Below, piece after piece: positions 51,613 through 57,160 of a stretch of DNA of 57,160 bases. Each line of letters opens with the position of its first letter. Within the stretch, counting starts at the first letter, position 1. The position numbers and the translations under genes were made by a program. Source of the DNA: an uncultured archaeon (GTDB lineage: Archaea; Aenigmatarchaeota; Aenigmatarchaeia; CG10238-14; EX4484-224); assembly GCA_964524025.1 (NCBI GenBank), contig CAZGBT010000001.1, positions 1 to 57,160 of the forward strand, in the 5' to 3' direction. The notes below the pieces were generated by a model that saw only the letters and a list, made by a program, of their open reading frames with translations, had not been told where the DNA came from and did not search any database.

Positions 51613-51879
51613 CTAAGAAGAAGTTAGCTTGTTAATAAATTTCCCTATAGCATCTCTGTATCTTTGGAGTGCTCTGTCAAGATTTTTCAGCAATTCTTCT
51701 CTGCAAACATTCTCATACTTTTGTACCTTTTCTTTCAATTCTTCAGCAGAAATTTTCCCCTCATAAAATGATTTTCCATCGGCGTATAAGCGAGCTTCAT
51801 AAGTTGCTAAAACAAGAGAGATTTTATCTGAAGAATCTTCAGTAACTCTTTCAAGTTCTCTCTTAAACTCTTCCAACAT
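51613..51879 (-). CDS. hypothetical small helical protein (88 aa)
   Basis: Charged, helical-looking ORF. It overlaps the 3' end of the upstream membrane-protein gene by 17 nt, which suggests translational coupling. Confidence 0.4.
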   Translation of the reverse strand: MLEEFKRELERVTEDSSDKISLVLATYEARLYADGKSFYEGKISAEELKEKVQKYENVCREELLKNLDRALQRYRDAIGKFINKLTSS

Positions 51880-52495
51880 ATCGTTCTAAGATTCTTTTTA
51901 ATCTTTTTAAAGCTTGTGTAGGGATGTAATATGTTCTTGTGTGAGCGTCATAAAAGCCAAATTTTTTGCATAGCTCTGCTTCAAATGCTAGTCTTTCAAT
52001 TAATACTTCCATGTAAATCTCTGGAAAATTTACTATTAATTCTAGCAAATAGACATTTGAAGGTCGTCTAGTCTCGAGGATATACCTTGCTACGTTTCTT
52101 AACGCTGCAAAAAATCGTTCATAAGCTTCATAATGGCCGGTTGGGCTAATTGTCCCTCTTTCCGTTCCTCTCATTTTTAAATAGGCAGCTATTTCCCCAG
52201 CTTTAAAGATCAATACTTTTTCTATAAAATCTCTATCAACATCTTGAACAGACTCCATTAAGCGTTTTTCCCAATACTCCTGAGTAAACTCTTCCTTTTT
52301 TCTTTTCACTCTTGCAGCACTTTTAGCTTTTCCTACCCCCTTTATAATTAACCAAAAAGGAAGTGAAATGAGAATTCCGAAAATAGAGACTCCTCCTATT
52401 AGCTGAAAGTATCCAGTTGGCTTAGAGGTAAAATAGAAAAATGAAAAGCATATTAAAAGGAAAAGGATAACGATTAGAAATAACTTAAGCTTCAT
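51863..52495 (-). CDS. hypothetical membrane protein (2 N-terminal TM helices plus a cytoplasmic domain)
   Basis: MKLKLFLIVILFLLICFSFFYF and GGVSIFGILISLPFWLII are followed by a basic stretch and a soluble domain of about 130 aa. No family recognised. Confidence 0.45.
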   Translation of the reverse strand: MKLKLFLIVILFLLICFSFFYFTSKPTGYFQLIGGVSIFGILISLPFWLIIKGVGKAKSAARVKRKKEEFTQEYWEKRLMESVQDVDRDFIEKVLIFKAGEIAAYLKMRGTERGTISPTGHYEAYERFFAALRNVARYILETRRPSNVYLLELIVNFPEIYMEVLIERLAFEAELCKKFGFYDAHTRTYYIPTQALKRLKRILERYVGRV

Positions 52496-52529
52496 TAATT
52501 AATAGTAAAGCGAAAGGGGTAAAAAATCG

Positions 52530-53408
52530 CTAGTGAAAGACTCTGAGATTAAAGAATTTGAAAGAAGAAAGTAACTTAGCTAAATTTGTAACGCTTAAAT
52601 TATTCTTTCCATTTTCAAAATCCCTTATAGCTTCTCTACTAACTCCAATTAGCTTAGCTGCTTCCTTTTGGGTTAAACCCAACTTCTTTCTAAATTCTTT
52701 AAATCTAAGCAATAAACCAAGTTTTGGTATGTTTGAAATTATTTTTATCCATTCATCCCCTTTAGGCCATTTTTCTTTTAAATAATGAATTCTTGATCCT
52801 CTTCCTTTCCTTCCAGTTATGCAATTTTCAATTTCCTTAGGAGGTTTAAAACCTATTAATTTGAAGAAATTGTAAACTGTTGCATCAGAAGTTTTTGACA
52901 AAAGTGCATAGCCACATTCCTTGCCTCTCTTAAACCCACTTCTGTACTTTACTGCATAAAAATTTAAGCCAAGCTCTTTGAGTTTTTGGATTAGAAATTC
53001 TACATCTTCTTTTCTAAAATTGTTTGTAGCTAAAACTATCCAAGGAACTCTATTTGGATCGGGATGTCTAACTAAACTTCCGTCACCAATGTACCAGAAA
53101 AGTAGGGTTGTTGGGGTAAGTTCTAAATCTCTTGGAACTACCTTTTGTGTTTTACCATTAATTTTGGTATACAATCTTCTTCTTAATCGGATAAAAAGTT
53201 CGTGGGATGTGTACAACGAATAAGTTTCATTCCTTCTATCAAAAGTAAAGTAACATCGTAATCCCCATCTTTCCAGTTTGCTTTTAATCCACTCTAAAAG
53301 TTTCTTGTCTTTTGCCGTTACTTTTAGCCGACAGTATTTGTTTTTGTCGATTGTTATGCAACCGTCTCCTAGGAGAAGTCCATTAATAATGTCTTCTAAT
53401 TTATCCAT
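52530..53408 (-). CDS. free-standing double-motif LAGLIDADG endonuclease-like protein fused to a C-terminal XRE-type HTH
   Basis: LAGLIDADG motifs (INGLLLGDGCI; LLFWYIGDGSL) and a C-terminal HTH (LGLTQKEAAKLIGVSREAIRDFENGKNNLSV). Confidence 0.7.
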   Translation of the reverse strand: MDKLEDIINGLLLGDGCITIDKNKYCRLKVTAKDKKLLEWIKSKLERWGLRCYFTFDRRNETYSLYTSHELFIRLRRRLYTKINGKTQKVVPRDLELTPTTLLFWYIGDGSLVRHPDPNRVPWIVLATNNFRKEDVEFLIQKLKELGLNFYAVKYRSGFKRGKECGYALLSKTSDATVYNFFKLIGFKPPKEIENCITGRKGRGSRIHYLKEKWPKGDEWIKIISNIPKLGLLLRFKEFRKKLGLTQKEAAKLIGVSREAIRDFENGKNNLSVTNLAKLLSSFKFFNLRVFH

Positions 53409-53509
53409 ATAGGATTCTTATAATTTTGGTCTACTTATTAATTTCTAGACACCTCATTTCAAAATTCAAAATAGAAATATGTAGAAAAAAATATTTATTT
53501 TAAAATATA

Positions 53510-53944
53510 CTATCTTTTGCTTCTTTGCTTATGTTTTCGTGCTCCTCTTTTACTAGCTCCCTTGGCTTTATGCGGTTCGTTTCTCCTAGGATCGTAAACA
53601 AGCAAACCTCTATCATAAGCTAAAAACCTTTCTCTTAACTCTTTACTTCTGCTAAACTCTACCAAACCTTTAGCTATAGCTTGCCTTATAGCTTCTGCCT
53701 GACTTACTATACCACCACCCTTAGCTGTTACGTAAATATTAACTTTTGCAGCAACTTCAGGAGCTAGGTATAAAGGTTCTTTGATCCACATTCTCAAAAC
53801 TTCAGTCCCCCAAACCTCTAAAGGCCTGGAGTTTATGAAGATTTTTCCTTTGCCAGCCTCAACCTTAGCTCTTGCAACAGCAGTTTTCCTTTTTCCAGTA
53901 ACAAAAACATATTTTTTCTTTTCTTCTCTTTTCTTTTTTGGCAT
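53510..53944 (-). CDS. rps9: 30S ribosomal protein S9 (uS9)
   Basis: GKRKTAVARAKV...GGGIVSQAEAIRQAIAKGL...DPRRNEPHKAKGASKRGARKHKQRSKR. Confidence 0.9.
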   Translation of the reverse strand: MPKKKREEKKKYVFVTGKRKTAVARAKVEAGKGKIFINSRPLEVWGTEVLRMWIKEPLYLAPEVAAKVNIYVTAKGGGIVSQAEAIRQAIAKGLVEFSRSKELRERFLAYDRGLLVYDPRRNEPHKAKGASKRGARKHKQRSKR

Positions 53945-54020
53945 AAAGATTCATTATCTTTAATTTATTTAAAAAATCTTTAACAATTAGCTATTTAACT
54001 TTAAGGTAGTAGTTAATGTT

Positions 54021-54806
54021 ATGAGTTATATTGTAAAAGAAATTTGTACAGAAGCGAGTAATTTAATGGAAGACGAGCATAAGAAGTTAAATAAAAAAGG
54101 TATAGCAAAGAAAATAGATAATGAGCTACAACGTCTGGTAGGAAATGTTGGAATTTGTCTCAAAAATTGTTTGAATAATATATCTGGGTATCTTACCCCT
54201 TTGACAGGATTGGAAATTGATACATCAGAGTTAGAAGTTAAAGACCTTGTTGTCGAATCCAATTTACTTTCTTTAATTACGGATAGAATTTATGCTTATT
54301 GGAAAACTTTCTGGGAGAAAAAAAGAGAAGAAATTTTGAAAAAAGTTGTAGAGAGGGTAAGAAAAAAGTATGGTTTAACTAAGCTTTTTGTCGACTTTTA
54401 CGATCCAAATCCTATAATTCCACAAACTTCTGTTGGGTTGATTCGAGAAACATCTGTTTGGCGTTATACCTTAAAACGTCCTAGAGGTTTAGAATTTCGT
54501 TATTGCACTTATTTGGAGATAGAGGTAAAAGAAAGTGTAAGCAGGCAAGAGAGGAAGGTTTTTGCTTGGATGGTAAGAAAAAGAACTGAAAAAGGTTTGC
54601 TGAGAAAGGACTCGCCATGGCGTTGGGGAGAAAGAGAAGATGAAGTAGGATTGGCCTACGAACTTGGACTTAATGTAATAAAGTTAGGACCAAATTGGGC
54701 TCTAGTTCAAACTATGTTTATACCAGGAGTGCCTATTTATAGTGAAGTATGGGAAGTTTATAATGAAGCTCTAGAAAAGCTTTATGGGGTTAAACCGAAA
54801 AGTTAA
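54021..54806 (+). CDS. hypothetical protein (261 aa)
   Basis: Clean ORF on the opposite strand to the flanking ribosomal genes. No recognised motif. Confidence 0.4.
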   Translation: MSYIVKEICTEASNLMEDEHKKLNKKGIAKKIDNELQRLVGNVGICLKNCLNNISGYLTPLTGLEIDTSELEVKDLVVESNLLSLITDRIYAYWKTFWEKKREEILKKVVERVRKKYGLTKLFVDFYDPNPIIPQTSVGLIRETSVWRYTLKRPRGLEFRYCTYLEIEVKESVSRQERKVFAWMVRKRTEKGLLRKDSPWRWGEREDEVGLAYELGLNVIKLGPNWALVQTMFIPGVPIYSEVWEVYNEALEKLYGVKPKS

Positions 54807-54831
54807 GATTCGAATTTTTTAAATTAAATTT

Positions 54832-55209
54832 ATGAGAGAAGAAGTTAGAAGATGGTTTCTTCAAGCGAAAGCTGATTTGAAAACAGCTTTGGATTGTATG
54901 AAAACACAAAACTATTATGCTTGTGTATTCTTTTGTCAACAAGCCATAGAAAAAGCGTTAAAAGCTTATTACATACATAAAAAAAGAGAACTTCCGCCTA
55001 AGACTCATGATCTGACGCAACTTGTAGCTAAATTAAAATTAAAGAAATTTGAAAGAATAGCAAAAAAATTAACACCTGAATTTGTGATTACTAGGTATCC
55101 GGATGCAGCTAATGGCATACCTTATTTGCTTTACGATAAAGAAGATTGTAAAGAAAGTTTGAAATACGCAAGAGAGGTTTTAAAATGGGTAGGAAAAAAG
55201 TTGAAATAA
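54832..55209 (+). CDS. HEPN-domain protein (toxin-like partner of a HEPN/MNT module)
   Basis: RWFLQAKADLKTA...QQAIEKALKAYYIHKKRELPPKTHDLTQL...ITRYPD is typical of the HEPN PF05168-type layout. Confidence 0.8.
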   Translation: MREEVRRWFLQAKADLKTALDCMKTQNYYACVFFCQQAIEKALKAYYIHKKRELPPKTHDLTQLVAKLKLKKFERIAKKLTPEFVITRYPDAANGIPYLLYDKEDCKESLKYAREVLKWVGKKLK

Positions 55210-55514
55210 AGGATAAAGATGTTTTAAATTTTCTTAAAAAAGTTAAGCAAAAATTTAGAGTTGAAAAGGTAATATGGTTTGGTTCAAGAGTTAGAGGAGA
55301 TTATTTAGTAAGTAGCGATTACGATTTCATCCTAGTTTCTAAAAAATTTAGAGGTATACCTTTTCGTAAAAGGATAGTTAAAGTTCTGGAATTAACTAAA
55401 AAGCCATGGAAGTTTGATGTTATTTGCTATACGCCTGAAGAATTTGAAAAAAAGAAGAAGGAAATTTGCATAGTCAAGGAAGCCTTGGAGAAAGGTATTT
55501 TATTAGAAATTTAG
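55185..55514 (+). CDS. minimal nucleotidyltransferase (MNT; partner of HEPN)
   Basis: GS-x-ARG / DxD motif region (VIWFGSRVRGDYLVSSDYDFILV). It overlaps the HEPN gene by 25 nt. Confidence 0.8.
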   Translation: MGRKKVEIKDKDVLNFLKKVKQKFRVEKVIWFGSRVRGDYLVSSDYDFILVSKKFRGIPFRKRIVKVLELTKKPWKFDVICYTPEEFEKKKKEICIVKEALEKGILLEI

Positions 55515-56296
55515 CCTACTTTAAATTCTACAATTTTAGGTAAACTACCAAGCTTATGTTTTAATGCTAAATCTATGTAATAAACTTTTTTATATCCTAA
55601 CAATCTTGCTCCTACTATATCGCAAGCTACACAATCTTCGCTAGCTATTGTACAATCAAATCTTTTCAATCTTCCTGTGAGATGAGAACCAAGCATTCCT
55701 GTAGTAGCATCTATTAAAGCAAGGTTTGGTTTTACATGCTTAATCAAATCGATCAATCTTAAACTCCAAATTTTGTAATCTTCTTCTTTATGCATATATC
55801 CTTTAGTCGGTAGTTTATTCCATGGCTTTAAAATCCCCATCATATTTTTCATGCTTAAAGTTACTTCGTAGGCATGTTCCTTTAAAACTGCAGCAGAAAT
55901 TAAATAGCAATCTAAACAAATCTTGTTGACTTTAAATTCCCAAAAATCTCCTTTAATTTTCTTGAAGCTGCCTTTATTTAAATCAACCAATTTTATGCCA
56001 TATTTTTCTTCTAATTCTAAATAACCAGCTTCTTCAAAACATTCAAAAGTATTGAAAGTGCCTCCTGCACCCTCTCCTACGAATATTTCTTCAATTTCTC
56101 TAGAATGTAAAAATTCTATTATACCCTCAACAAATTCTTTCCTTGTAATGGCTCCAGATTCGTTAGGCATAACTTCTACTAAATTAGGCTTTATAAGAAC
56201 TTTACTTTTAGTTATTTCAGGATTAAGTTTCTTTAGGCATTCAAAAGTCCTTTCTCTAGTATTTTTCCCATAACAAACAACAACTTTGCTTACCAT
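55511..56296 (-). CDS. DUF362-domain protein
   Basis: VLIKPNLVE...GAITRKEFVEGIIEFL and a later IDATTGM motif are typical of DUF362. Its start overlaps the L13 gene stop by 7 nt. Confidence 0.65.
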   Translation of the reverse strand: MVSKVVVCYGKNTRERTFECLKKLNPEITKSKVLIKPNLVEVMPNESGAITRKEFVEGIIEFLHSREIEEIFVGEGAGGTFNTFECFEEAGYLELEEKYGIKLVDLNKGSFKKIKGDFWEFKVNKICLDCYLISAAVLKEHAYEVTLSMKNMMGILKPWNKLPTKGYMHKEEDYKIWSLRLIDLIKHVKPNLALIDATTGMLGSHLTGRLKRFDCTIASEDCVACDIVGARLLGYKKVYYIDLALKHKLGSLPKIVEFKVG

Positions 56297-56712
56297 CTTT
56301 TCTTTGCACCTAGAGCTAAGGAAATTTCCTCTAACGTTATATACTTAGTCCTTAATTTTGAAGCATCGGCCTCTTTTGGTCTTAAAAATTCTTTTCCTTC
56401 AAATTCTTTGGGAACTCCTATATAAACTTTTAGTCTCCTAAAAGCTTCTCTTCCTTTATGCTTTTTCCAAGGAAGCATTCCTCTAACAGTTCTTCTAAAA
56501 ATGCCATCTGGAGTTCTAGGATAAAATGGACCATGCTGAGGAGATCCTCTCAACCTTTTTCTTAAATATTCTTTAATTTTCATCTTAGGATCTCCAGAAA
56601 TTATAGCCTTTTCACAATTTACAACTACAACTTTTTCACCTTCCAACAATTTTTTAGCTATAATCGAGGCTAGCCTCCCTAAGATCATCCCTTTTGCATC
56701 GTAAACTAGCAT
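56290..56712 (-). CDS. rpl13: 50S ribosomal protein L13 (uL13)
   Basis: VYDAKGMILGRLASIIAKKLLEGEKVVVVNCEKAIISG...MLPWKKHKGREAFRRLKVY. Confidence 0.9.
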   Translation of the reverse strand: MLVYDAKGMILGRLASIIAKKLLEGEKVVVVNCEKAIISGDPKMKIKEYLRKRLRGSPQHGPFYPRTPDGIFRRTVRGMLPWKKHKGREAFRRLKVYIGVPKEFEGKEFLRPKEADASKLRTKYITLEEISLALGAKKRW

Positions 56713-56743
56713 AAAAATAGCATTAGTTTAAGTTATTAAAAAG

Positions 56744-57109
56744 TTAGCACATAAGTTTTACGTTACTACCTTTCGGATTTTCTTCAAAAAGTTGTTTAAT
56801 ACTAATAGCTCTGCCCCCAGCTTTTTCTATTTTTTCTTTAGCCTTTTTTGAAAATCTCCATGCAGCAATAGTTAATTTTTTTGTTAAGCTACCACAACCT
56901 AAGACAACACCTGGAACTACTATAGTCTCGCCTTCTTTAGCATATCTTTCTATTCTTGATAGATTTACTTCAACTCTTTGCCTTGTAGGTTTTTCTAATT
57001 TTTCAGCAACCGTTTTCCATAAAGGAACTTTAAGCTCTCCGCCTTTTTTTCTTAAAAATTGTATGAGCTCCTTTAAGTAAGGATTTGTAGGTCCAGTTCT
57101 TTTTGCCAT
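56744..57109 (-). CDS. rpl18e: 50S ribosomal protein L18e
   Basis: [18 protein letters not shown]...[56 protein letters not shown]. Confidence 0.85.
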   Translation of the reverse strand: MAKRTGPTNPYLKELIQFLRKKGGELKVPLWKTVAEKLEKPTRQRVEVNLSRIERYAKEGETIVVPGVVLGCGSLTKKLTIAAWRFSKKAKEKIEKAGGRAISIKQLFEENPKGSNVKLMC

Positions 57110-57160
57110 AAAAATTAATGCAAAAATTAGTTTTAAGTTATTTTCTTATCCGTTCCAGAA

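Noticed and set aside
3429-54262. Many 60-120-aa ORFs in the track lying antisense to, or nested in, long well-supported genes (for example 3429-3617, 9512-9793, 12213-12521, 13985-14275, 20425-21276, 28112-28480, 33329-33694, 40074-40409, 48581-48847, 52558-53223, 54026-54262)
   Set aside because: They overlap confidently assigned genes on the opposite strand or in another frame. They have low-complexity, Ser/Leu/Phe/Ile-rich translations typical of antisense reading of AT-rich genes, and no motifs.
1-57160. Looked for CRISPR arrays, rRNA genes, transposase/IS elements, integrases, and reverse transcriptase/DGR components
   Set aside because: No regularly spaced direct repeats, no rRNA-like GC-rich blocks longer than tRNA size apart from the protein-coding island, and no ORF with integrase, transposase or RT motifs were seen by eye.

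Overview
This window is an AT-rich archaeal chromosome segment. Hand counts of 60-nt lines give about 30% G+C. The gene content fits a small-genome, DPANN-like archaeon: aIF2-alpha, Nop10, tRNA-splicing endonuclease, PAC2 proteasome chaperone, RpoN/RpoK, ribosomal proteins S2/S9/L13/L18e, deoxyhypusine synthase, and an intron-containing tRNA. Housekeeping genes include ProRS, HisRS, a SufBCD-type Fe-S operon, an intein-containing class II RNR, adenylate and UMP kinases, and many thioredoxin-fold proteins. Three tRNAs are present: Leu-UAG, Arg-UCG, and Met-CAU with a 29-nt intron. I saw no rRNA, CRISPR array or transposase.

The main anomalies are:
1. A sharply bounded single-gene island of about 1.9 kb and about 60% GC (41.03-42.94 kb). 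It lies 290 bp downstream of the tRNA-Met, is preceded by tandem GC hairpins, and encodes an unrecognised 575-aa membrane protein.
2. A recurring palindrome, TATAAC-N3-GTTATA, found at five sites. Four sit 34-39 nt upstream of start codons. One abuts an HTH regulator gene at the head of the suf operon. One sits oddly between convergent genes.
3. The conserved archaeal L18e-L13-S9-RpoN-RpoK operon is split by two accessory insertions. These carry a HEPN/MNT pair, a LAGLIDADG-HTH fusion with three orphan genes, and a DUF134 / Trp-rich DUF5320-like / NifX-like / 2x MinD-ferredoxin cluster.
4. Smaller items: a C/D-box-like GC-rich RNA candidate, a frameshifted AbrB-type gene upstream of hisS, a HisRS paralog, a tandem-duplicated ThyX-like protein, a stand-alone LigD-type polymerase, and an NrdJ-CutA-CobA-ferredoxin cofactor cluster.

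All family calls rest on motifs I recognised by eye in the translations. No database search was possible.
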